64,000 nt of DNA from the human T2T-CHM13v2.0 reference genome, Homo sapiens: assembly GCF_009914755.1 (NCBI RefSeq), contig NC_060931.1; one strand, 5' to 3'. Under the pieces are notes generated by a model. The model was not told the DNA's origin and searched no databases. It saw only the letters and a program-made list of their open reading frames with translations. Shown one piece after another: positions 42,240 through 64,000 of the stretch. The translations under genes and the position numbers were made by a program. How positions within the stretch are numbered: position 1 is the first letter of the stretch; each line of letters begins with the position of its first letter.

Positions 42240-44250
42240 TGTGACTTCCACTTCTAGCTGTTTTACCAGACTAGCCCTCCCACCAAAAATAACCATGAAT
42301 CTGGACAAAGTACGTGAGGCAGCTGTTTTCAGGGAGTGCAAGACTCAGATCCCTGTGGGAAGGGACGCTTAGGAGGTGAGCCCCGTGATTGCTCCGTGCT
42401 CCCCGACAGAGTTTTCTGACTGTGGCACACGGCACCGGAGTCTGGGCAGGGCACGGGGGTCATGTGGAGCTGAAGAGGTGGAGCAGCGGGAGCAGTGGGC
42501 ATGCGTGGAGCCAAGCATTGGAGAAGAGGGAGCTGTGCACGCAGGGGTCCCAGAACCCCACACAGGAGCTCTGCAAGTCCTTGACTGACAACTAAGCTGC
42601 ACATACAAAGGGAAGAACTGAGTCATGCCAAATTAGAGAGGCTTAGGAAACATTTTGGATGTTCCGTGCATCTGCAATAACAAAACATGAACCCTAAGTA
42701 AGGAAGTTCAAAGTCATCTGCCAATAATTAAATTGCCTACTAAAACAATAATCAACATTCTTCAGAGGAAGTTAACACAATTTTGAGTTTCACAATATAT
42801 TAGCCACAAAATCTAGTATTCAATTTTTTAAAAAAAATTGCCAGGTATATAAGGAAATAGGAAAATGTGATGCCCAGGCAAGAATAAAGCAGACTATAGA
42901 ACAGTAACTTAATCTAAAATGACCCAGATGTTGGGCTTAGCAGACTGTAATGTAGCGATTATAAATATGTCCAAATAATTAAAGTAAGATATAGTCTTAA
43001 TTAGTGAGTATATAGGAAAACTCAGCCCCAAAATGGTATCTGGATACAAATTTTAAAACTAAAAAGTATAATAATTGAAATGAAAAATTCACTGGAAGGC
43101 TTAATAGCAGATTGGAGATAGTAGAAGAGTCGATAAACATGAAGACAGATCAATAAACATTATCTGAAGATCACAAGGAAAAAAGGCTGAAGGAAAGTGA
43201 ATAGAGCCTGCGAACCTTGTGGAATAGTATCACATAATCTAACACATACGTAATCAGAGTCTCAAAGGAAAAGGTGTAGTAAAATTGGGGCAGAACAAAT
43301 ATGTGAAGAAATAATGGCCAAAACATCCCAAATTTGATGGAAAACATCAATTTACATATCCAGTAGTCTCAATAAACTCAAATCAGGATAAACAGAAAAA
43401 ATAACAACACTCAGACACACAGTTCTGAAAACCTAAGAAAATTCTGAAAGCAGCTGGGTTTGCTGGGAGGTATAACATTACTTACAGGGGAACAAGTATA
43501 AGAATCATTACCAACTTCTCACCAGGAACAATGGAGGCAGAAACAATTGAATGGCATCATGAAAGTGCGGAAAGGAAAAAAGCTTCAACCAAAAAGATAC
43601 TCATCTAGCAAAAATACCCTTTTAAAACAAGGTTGAAATGAAGACATTTAGACAAGACTGAGAATTCATTGACAGAAGACCTGTAATACAGTCAAAGCTA
43701 TGGACATCCTCCAGGGCAAGGAAAATAATACCAGATGGAAACTGAGATCTACAGGAAGGACTAAGGAGCGCTACATGGAGAGATCCAGCAGACACCATCT
43801 TAACCATGCGATAGAAGAGTGGGACAAGTCAGCATTGTGAGCCCCCGATATAAATGCTGTAGGAAGAACACAGCATTGCCTCTGCATAGTTGATGAAATT
43901 ATTAAGGCAGTAATGTCATAAGCAAACTTTGAATGGATCTGTGGATTCAATGGTAATATCAGATAAAGATCAATTTCCTGATTTTGACAGTTGTACTGTG
44001 TTCATATAGGAAAGGACCCTTGTTTTGCACAAGGGCTTAACGGGATGACGAAGAATCACATCTACAACTTGTTATTAAATGATTCAGGAAAAAAATACAT
44101 TAGTATATATATAGAGAGAAAGACTGATAAGTCAAATGTAGTAAAGTATTAACAACTGGGGAATTTGGTTGAATAGTATATAGGAGCTCTTTTTACTATT
44201 TTGCAACTTTTCTGTAAATTTAAGATTACTTCAAAATAAAACAAACAAAA
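42240..44250 (+). mobile_element. Old L1M 5'/ORF1 remnant joined to an L1MC/MD-like 3' end
   Basis: ORF1-like A-rich sequence 42900-43780; 3'UTR-like sequence 43780-44250 with an A tail. Confidence 0.7.
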
Positions 44251-45203
44251 AAGCAGCAGCTCTGTAAGGGCATGAAGAAGGAAGAGGGCAACAGAATGGA
44301 GCAAGGGTACAGAAGGAAGATGACTTCCATAATGGTTTCTTAATGAGGTGGAATGTAAATAGAAAAGCACACAGATTACAAGTAAACATTCAGTAAATTT
44401 CCACCTTCACTCAGCACTTCAATTAAGAAAAGGAACAATATCTGCATACCTTATGTCCTCTCCCCTCCCATAGTGGTAGCTACTATCTCAACCTCTGCCA
44501 ACATAGACTAGTATACCCTGGTTTTGAGGTTTAAATACGTAGAATTATAAAGTAGTTCCTCTTTTGTGTCTGGGAAAACCCCCAAATGTTATGTTTGTGA
44601 TATTCAAATATGTTTCTGTATGTAGCAATAGCAACTTTTTCGTCTAGTCTAAATCATGTGTCTAGTCTAAATCATGTGAATTTATTTACATATATTTATA
44701 CATTTATTATGTAAATCCCCATTCTACCGATAATGAACACCAGGGTGGTTTTCAGTTCTGAGCTGTTACGAATAATGCTATGACGAACATCTTTGTTCAT
44801 GTCCTGGTGAACTTAAGCATCCATTTCTGTTCAGCAAATATCTAGGCATGGAATTTCTGGGTCACTGGGTATGTGGGTGCTCGCTTTTAATGGACACTGC
44901 CACAGGATTTCAAAGTGTGTTGACTTACATTCCCACAGCACAACACGAGAGTTCTGGTTGCTCCATAGTCTTGCAGATGACAACTGGTATTGTAAGATTT
45001 TTGGTCATTATAGTGAGTGTGGTCAGGGGTGGGGGGGCATATTACATTGTGGTTTTTAATTTTCATTTCCCTGAAGACTCATGAGGTGCTCTTAAGGATG
45101 AGTGCCTTTTCATGGGTTTTTGGACCATTTGGATATCCCTTTTTGTACAATGTAGTTCATGTTTTTAACATATTTTTCTATTGGATTGTCTTTTCCTTAT
45201 TGA

Positions 45204-45548
<345 letters not shown>

Positions 45549-46532
45549 TAAGCCACCACACCCAACCTGTGGAAGCTCTTTATATATTCTGGATAGGAGT
45601 CCTTTGTCAGATACATTCACTGCAAATATCTTTTCCCACTCTGGCTTGTCTTTTCACCCTGTTTCACATTATTAATGATGTCTTTTGAGAAATATAAGTT
45701 CTTAATTTCAATGTGAGCAAATTTATCAGTTTTTTTGCTCAATGGCATTTGTGCTTTTTATATCCCACTTAAGAAATTACTATCTACTTCCAAGGTCATA
45801 AAGATGATCACCTATGGTTTATTTTCCTACAGCTTTATTGTCTGTTCCTTAGATTTAGTTCTACAATCCTTATGAATTAAGTGGGGGTGTTTGTGTTGTA
45901 AAGTAGACATCAAGATTTTCTTTCCATATATATATTCAATTCACCCGGGAATAATTTTATAAAAAATTATTTTCCCATTATATGATAAAGTGTTTCTGGA
46001 CTCTGATTCATTCCGTTATTCTATTTGTCTGTACTTGACCAAGATCACACTGGATGATTCCTGTAGTTTTACAGTGAGTCTAGATGCATGGTAGTATAAG
46101 TCCTCCAGCTTTGATGTTGCTCCTCCTCCCCTTCTCATCCTTGTCCTCTTCCTCCTCCTCTACCTCCTCTTCCTTCTCCTTCTTCAAATTTATCTTACCT
46201 ATTCTTGGTTCTTTGCAATTTCAAGTAGATTTTAGAATCAGTATGTCATTTACACACACACACACACACACGCACACAAGCGCGTGCACATACACACACC
46301 ATCAAAACGCTTCTAGGATTTGGGGGTGGGGTGTGTGTGCACTAAAACTATAGCTCAGATTCCAGAGAATCAAAATTATTTAATATTGCGTCTTGCAATC
46401 CACAAATATGGGATATATCCTTCCACTTATTTAGATGTACTTATCTCAGTAAATAATTTCCTGTGTAAACGTTTTGCATGTCTTTTGTTAGATTTACTAC
46501 TAGGTATTTGTTGGTTTTGAACACTATTATAA

Positions 46533-47284
<752 letters not shown>

Positions 47285-48064
47285 ACATTATAGCCAACAA
47301 CCTTGCCAATTTTGCATATTAATTCTAAGAAGTTGCCTGAAATTCTTTTGCATAGTTGATGCACACAATGATGTCATCTGTAAATAATGACTTTTCTTTC
47401 TTCCTCTCCTCCCTTTAGGTCTGCTCGCCTTGCCTTTTGTGGTTGCTGGGCCCTCCAGGACAATGTCGAGTAGTATTGTGGGTATCCTCAGCTCATGCCA
47501 AATCTCAGGGGGAAGGTTTTAAATATTTCATCATTAAGAAGGTTTTTTATAGATACTTTTTTAACAGAATAAGAAAGCTCCCTTCTATTCCTAGGACATG
47601 ATCTGAATAATTCTAATCTTTTGAAAATGTGTTGAAACTTATGGCTCAACCATATGATCAATTCTTGTAATGTTCCATATGCATCAGAAAAGCGTGCGTG
47701 CGCTGTCATGATTGGGTATGGCATTCTACAGCTGTCAAATATGTCAAGTTTGTTCATCACGTTAGGCAGGTATTCTACTTGCTGAGTTTTTTGTCTGCTG
47801 TTCTCTTATTTATTATAAGAGGAGGGTTAAAGTCTTCCACTGTGATTGCCAATTTTTCCTTCTCCTTTTAGCATTGTCAGTTTTTACTTTATATAATATG
47901 AAGTTATGTGCAGTTCATATAGATTTTTACATTGTATATTTTTGGTGAGTCCACCTTATCACTTTATGTTCCCCCTCCTCTACAGTTGTCCTATTTTCTT
48001 AATGTCTATTTCATTTAGTGATAGTACAGCTGCATTAACTTTCTTTTGATTAGTGCTTTCATGG

Positions 48065-49658
<1,594 letters not shown>

Positions 49659-51639
49659 CATGGTTATATTTTTTCATTCCTTTACCTTCAACTTTTCTGC
49701 ATCCTTATACTTAAGATGTGTCTCTTGTAGCAACATATAGTTTAATTTTTTTTGGTTTTATTTTGTTTTCATTCAGTCTATCTTAGTCTTTTACTTGGGG
49801 TGTTTAGTCCATTTACATGTAAATGTATTTCCTGATATATTTTAGTTTATACCTACTATGTGAATTTTTTTCTTTGTCCCACCTGTTTTATATTCCTTTT
49901 CCTCTTTTTTGCCTTTCTTTGGATTAAACATTTTTTATTATTCCATTCTCCATACCTATCATTCTATTAGTTATGCATTTATTTACTATTATGTTATTAC
50001 TTACTATTGACATCATTTTATTATTATTTCAGTGGTTACCCTTGATGACAAGATTCCAGAAGAACTCCCTGTACACATTAAAACATTTTTTCCCTAAAAA
50101 ATCTTCATTTTACCTTTATTTTTGAAGAATATTTTGGCTATAGAATTCTGTAGAATTCCAGGTTGGCAGTGATTTTTTCCAGCAGTTTAAAAATGTTATT
50201 TCTTTCCTTCTGACTCCAGTAATTTGTTTTGAAAAATCTGTCATCAGTCTGATTGTTACTCCTGTGGTTACCCTATTTTCCTCTGGCTTCTTTTAACATT
50301 TAAGATTGCCTTTGTATTTATCCTGCTTGGGGTTACTGAGTATCTTGAGTTTGTGGGTTGAAGGCATTAATTTGTTTCTAAAATGATCATACTCTAATAT
50401 TGCTTCTGCTCCATCACCTTTCTTTTCTCCTTCTGGGTCTTCAGTTGTACATATATTAGAACTTTTCAACATGTTCCACATATCTCTTATACTCTTTTCT
50501 CTATTTTTTCATCTTTTAAAAATTCTTTGTGTATCAGTCTTGATATTTTCTGTTGTCCTGTCTTCTACTAATCCTCTTCTACTTCTACTAATCCTACCAG
50601 TCTACTTCCATTAGTCCTGTCTCCTGTTGTATTCCATCCATTCTTACATCTGTTGTATTCTAAATATCAGCTACTGTGTTTTCAACTCTGAGATTTATAT
50701 ATTTTTTCTTTAGTGAAATTGTCTATCTTGTTACCTGTTTTCTCTAAAATATTAATAGCTGTTTTAAAGTCTGTGTCTGATACCTCTAATATCTGTATCA
50801 CCTGGGAATTTTGCCCTTTTTTTTTCTTGGTATGCTTATTACTTTTTAATTGAATGTTGGACATAGTGTGCAACAATTTATAGAAGCTCTGGATTCCATT
50901 AACTTCCTCCAGAGACCATTCACCTTATCCTTGGGGCAGCTACAGTGTGAGCAGACTACCTTCATCCAAAGCAGCATGAGGCAGGATTGCAGTCCTTTTA
51001 CATCTCATTCTCTCTTTGCTTCATGCCCACCCCTAGGGTGTTGCCCTCCTGAGACCCCAGCTAGGGTCCTGAACTCCCATTTTTGTCTCTTCATAACCAT
51101 GAGATCATAGAAAAACTTCATCTTTTCACTGGCTTTCTTATTAGCTCCTCACCATGTGTATTTAATACATGGGCAAATGCTTCAAGGGAAACCTCTGAGT
51201 TTGGGGCTCCTGGCCTCTTGGGTGCTGGCTATCCTGTCAGCTCTATAATTAATTTTTTATTCTCTTCTCCATGAAATTGCTGAAAGATCTGCTGGCTTCT
51301 CTGCCTCTTAAAGTAATAGTCCTATGCTCAGATTCCTAGCCTCTCTAAGAACTGGTCATCACCTGGAGGGGTAAATGATGTGCAGAATATCAGCTCATCT
51401 CTCTCCAATTCTCTTCTATTTGGAAACTTGGTTCCTTAAGCCCTGGTTATCTGCAGTTGTCCAGTGCCTTCAAACCAGTTTTTTTAATCTGGATTTTCTA
51501 GTTGTTCTCAGTGGGGTCAGTGATCTGCTCCAAATACTCCATTATAGCTGGAAATGGAAACTCGAGGAAGGGTAATTTTATAGATGGCACCAAATTGAAT
51601 GTGTTTCTAGACAGAGTAAAGTGAACACATGAAAATAAT

Positions 51640-51815
51640 TATGACAGCTCCCCCATATTGAGCTCTTACTATGTGCCAGACTTTGTGCTATGTGACTACA
51701 TATATTATGTCATTTGATTTTTACAGCAAGCTTTTACAGCAAGGCTAGGTACTATATCTATTCCCATTTTACAGATGTGGAAACTGAGGCTTAAAGAGGC
51801 TAATTAACTTGTCCA
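51640..51815 (-). mobile_element. MIR
   Basis: ATTGAGCTCTTACTATGTGCCAG...CCCATTTTACAGATGTGGAAACTGAGGCTTA. Confidence 0.85.
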
Positions 51816-51944
51816 ATCAATCTTTTTATCCCCTGGAGGCAAAATGCATAGAAAAAATTTTGACTTTTAAAAAAATTGTGTATACATATGTGTGTGTGTA
51901 TACATACAGAGAAGTGTGTGTGTGTATATATATATAAAAAACAC

Positions 51945-53118
51945 GATTTGTGATTTTAACAAATTTTAAGTGTACAATTCAGCGGCATTAAGTACATTCA
52001 CACAATGTTGTGCAATCATCACCACCAACTATTTCCAAAACTTCTTCATTACCCCAGAGATTCTATAGCCATTAAGTAATAACTCCCCTATAATCTCCTA
52101 TAATCTATAGCCATTAAGTAATAACTCCCCTTTCTTTCTGTTTCTATGAACTGGCCTATTCTAGATATTTCAGGTAAGTGGAATCAGACATTATTTGTCC
52201 TTTTGTGTCTGGCTTATTTCTCTTAGCACAATGTTTTCAAGGTTCATCCATATTGTAGCATGTATCAGAACTTTGTGCCTTGTTAAGACTGAATGATATT
52301 CCATTGTCTGTGTAAATATCACATTTTGTTTATTCCTCAATCAGCTGGTTAACATTGGGGTTCTTTCCTACTTTTGGCTATTGCAAATAATGCTGCAGTG
52401 AACAATGGCATACGAGTATATGTTTGAATCCTGTTTTCAATTCTTTGGGGGATATACCTAGGAGTGGTAATTCTATGTTTAACCTCTGAGGAACCACCAA
52501 ACTGTTTTCCATAGCAGCTGCGCCATTTTACATTCCCAGCAGTGACGTATGAGGTCTCCAGTTTCTCCATGGCCTCCTCAATACTTACATTCTTTTCTTT
52601 CCTAAGTACAGCCATTCTACTATGTGTGAGGTGTATCTCATTGTGGTTTTTGCACTTCCTATTAACTAATGATACAAAGTATATTTTTATGTGCTTATTG
52701 GAAATTTGTATATCTACTTTAGAGAAATGTCTATTCGAGTCCTTTGCCCATATTTTGATTGGATTGTTTGTCTTTTTGTTGTTGAGTTGTAGGAGTCCCC
52801 TTCTGTATTCTGGATAACCTTTCTTAGATATATGATTTATAAATATTTTCTTCTACTCTGTAGGTGGTATTTTCACTTTCTTGATAATGTCTTTTGATGC
52901 ACTGAAGTTTTTAACTTTAATAAAGTCCATTTATTTTTTCTTTTGTTGTTTGTGCTTTGGTGTCATATCTAAGAAGCCATCATCAAATCCAAAATCATGA
53001 AGATTTACCCCTATGTTTTCCTCTAAGAGTTTTGTTATTTTAGCTCTTATGTTTAAGTTTTTGATCCATTTTTGAGTTAATTTTTGTATATGGTATGAGG
53101 TAGGAGTCCAACTTTGTT
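51945..53118 (-). mobile_element. L1 3' portion (L1MB-like)
   Basis: Reverse 3'UTR and late ORF2 (ORF 52931-53122 'WIKNLNIRAKITKLLEENIG'). Confidence 0.85.
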
Positions 53119-53378
53119 CCATGAAATAGGCAAATTTATAAAGACAGGAAGTATATTAGTGGTTGACTAGGCTTGGGGGTGTGTAGCAGGAATGAGGAGT
53201 GACTGCTAATGGGTATGAGCTTTCCTTCGGGGGTGATAAAAATGTCCTAAACTTAGATAGAGTGATGGCTGCATAACTGTGTGAATATACCAAAACCGCT
53301 GAAATTGTACACTTTAAAAAGGTGAATTTTATGCTATGTGAATTACACCTCAATAAAGCTATTGAAACAAACAAAAAG
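53119..53378 (+). mobile_element. L1 3' terminal fragment (L1MB-like)
   Basis: Ends TGTGAATTACACCTCAATAAAGCT plus an A-rich tail. Confidence 0.8.
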
Positions 53379-55989
53379 AATAGCTGGAGGCTCTATAATG
53401 GGGGACAGGCCTTGCAGCCTCACCTCCTGCTTCTAGGAAAAGGACCTTCCCATGGCTGTGGGCCAGACCCCTGCACTGCCAGGATCATGTTCTAAATTAA
53501 ACAAGTAGCCCAGGCTCAGGATTCCTTCTCCTCCCCAGTGCCAAGATTTAGATAATAAAGAGTCTTCTTTCATGAACTTTTCCCCAATTTCAGCCCAGGT
53601 TCAGATGTTGCTGCCAGCTTTTTATCCTGGCAAAGCAATCACAAGAGGGAAATAAGTCATAGATGGCAGCTTCCTACACCCACTTCTCTTGAGAGTAGAT
53701 GGAAGCCCTGATGAAAAGGCAGGAGCACTGGCAGCTCAACAAATCCTGGGTGAGGAACCAACATTTGGCCTGGGGCCTCCCTGGTGTCTCCTCCAGGGTG
53801 GGAGTGGTGGCACTCAGCTTGTCCCCTGGCACAGGGGGAGCTGCTGTCTTGAGGTGACTTCCTGCTCTGGACTCCCCTGTGGTTGGACCAGACTAGCACT
53901 GGGCATGGGGCCCATTTGCTGATGGGCTCACCTTAAGTTTCTACTGGGATATGAACATTTGGACACATGGACAGCTCCTCAGGAGCCCAAATCTCATTGG
54001 CTGGTTGCAAGAGGCCTCTTCATGGACGGGGTGGTGGGGGTATTAGAAGGGTGGAAGGATTGGAAGTTCTCTCTCTGTAGAGAACAGCATGGCTTTGGGA
54101 TGTCAAAAACTGCAGGGAACCTACCATGTTCCTGCACTTGGAGGGTGGAAGAGCTTGGGGCAGGGGTGTCAGCATTCTCTGGCAGGCAGTTAGGGGGCAG
54201 TGGTGAGGGGATCTTGTTGGCTTTCCTGGGCATGGGACATTGATAACAAGGTCCAGAAAGGAGGAGACAGCAGACCCTGGTGGAGATTGTGGCTGGCAGA
54301 TCTGCGTATGGGTCCCCAGGGGGCACCCTGACTCCTTGGTGTGAATGAGGCCCTGGGTTGGAGCTGAAAGCTGGGGGAAGTCTGACTGATGCCACTGTTG
54401 TGTGGACCTGGTATGGCCGCTGCTGGAAAGCTCAGGCCTCTCCCAAGGTCCCAAGGCCCCAAAACCTCTCTGACTTTCTGCTTCCCCACCAGGGTGGGCC
54501 AAGGGAGCAAAGTGCAGGACTCCTGAGGTCTGCAAAATCACAAAGGAAAAGGATGATGACCCCCCAGGAGGTTGCTCAAGCACGTACAGCCCCTCCTAGC
54601 CACAAGCCCTGCATCCCCTCATCTCAGGCACTTGCAGCTCTTTGCCTGGATTTGGCTACCATCACTGGCTGCAGACCTGCTTCGGGGTTTTAATTATAGT
54701 CATTAACATGCCCCTATCTGTGGCCATGTCAGCAAGGCCCCTAAGGACCTGACCCCAAGAACAGTGCCTCCCCATCCCTCTCGGGTTCCTCACACAACTC
54801 CTTGGGGTATGCAGTCCCCAGAGACATAAGGGTGTTCACCATGTCACCCTGCCCCAGCCCACCTCAGCCAGTTCCTGGTCCCTCCCCAGAAGGAAGCTCC
54901 CAACCTCATTTGCTGTGTCTGCACTGAGTCTCTGTGAAGTGTGGACCTCTGCCATGGCTTTCCCAGAGAGTCAAAGGCCGCTTGGCCAGTCTGGGACACA
55001 GGCCTTCTCCATGGGGCCACACCTGCCCCTCTACAGTTCAGGCGGGACATGTGCCTGCCTGTTTTTTTATGGCTGGCTGGCGGAAGGGTGGGGTGGGGTG
55101 GGGAATAATAACCAGGCTACCCCCACCTCACCCAATAAGGCAATGAGTAGAATGCCTGCCTCCCTGGGCTTCCTCCAGGGACCCAGAGCCTGCAGGCAGA
55201 GAGTCTTTGATTCCCAAGAAAAGCTGTTCAGCCAAACTTAGCACAAAATGGCAATTCAGGAGCTGAACTCTACCTAGCAACAAGATTAGCAGCTGATTTT
55301 GCAAGCTGGTATTTTTATCCCTGGGATGGGAACAGCTGAGAAGAGTGGCCGCCTCCTGCTACCACAAGGAGCGCTACTCCCTCCTGTGCCACCTGGGGAC
55401 CCTGCCCCCTCAGCTGCTCCTGGCCCCATGCCTGGCTCTGCCTTCCTTTCTTGCTTGCAGGGGTCTCAGATCCATGGGGGGAGGGTGTGGGGCCTGAGAG
55501 CTTCCAGAGGGGAACGTCAGCCCCCAGGTCCGATAGGAACCATGAGATTCTGGAGCTCAGAGGCCCGACTCAGCCTTTCCTCCTCTCCTTGCCGCATCCT
55601 GTTTTCTTTTCCTCATCCCTCTGTCCCCAACACCTGAGAGCCTTTGCACTTTCCATGCTGTGCTGCAACAGCCCCTGGCACTTTGTGCCCACCAGACAGA
55701 GGGATCTGTGAGGCCAGGGCTCCCTATTCCCCATAAGCACACAGTGGGCTCTTGATAGACATGTGGTCCTCTGGACCACTCCTTCACGTTATCTCCAGTT
55801 TCTCTTTCCACCTCCCAGCTCTTCTTTGCTTGCCTTCTCCCCACCCCTCACAATGACCAGAGAACCTTCTGGTAGCCTAAAGTCCTGCTACCTTTTGTGT
55901 GGACTACCAATGAACAAAACTGCCATCTTAGGGGCCGTGATGTTGCCTGGTTTTATAGAGAAAATATTATGATGGTAAAATCTCCCAGA

Positions 55990-59290
<3,301 letters not shown>

Positions 59291-59291
59291 G

Positions 59292-64000
<4,709 letters not shown>

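Noticed and set aside
51945-53378. Twin-primed (5'-inverted) single L1
   Set aside because: Both pieces contain the same 3' terminal region, so two independent insertions are more likely.

Overview
This is human (primate) genomic DNA, not microbial. The only supported protein-coding sequence is the first coding exon of CAMK2B (CaMKII beta) on the minus strand. It reads ATG at 30840, [21 protein letters not shown]+AA, then a GTAAG donor at 30775, inside a CpG-island promoter (~30250-31400). Positions 1-30775 are CAMK2B intron 1, and positions above ~31400 are upstream/intergenic. Most of the window is old L1 (heavily nested), Alu, MIR, L2, MaLR/ERVL-type LTRs and DNA-transposon fossils. There is also a G-rich ~20-bp minisatellite, a (GGT/GAT)n tract and a second, intronic CpG island. 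Nearly all ORFs in the track are repeat- or GC-content artefacts. I find no clear new multi-gene system. The best leads are: (1) 11 metal-response-element cores (TGCRCNC) packed around the CAMK2B start; (2) the intronic CpG island with a sense splice donor; (3) a probable ancient L1 3' transduction; (4) a 33-nt U2 snRNA retrocopy with target-site duplications (TSDs); (5) a collapsed inverted-Alu scar; (6) an in-frame inverted templated insertion in an L1 ORF2. Repeat subfamily names are by-eye estimates and boundaries are approximate unless a TSD is quoted.
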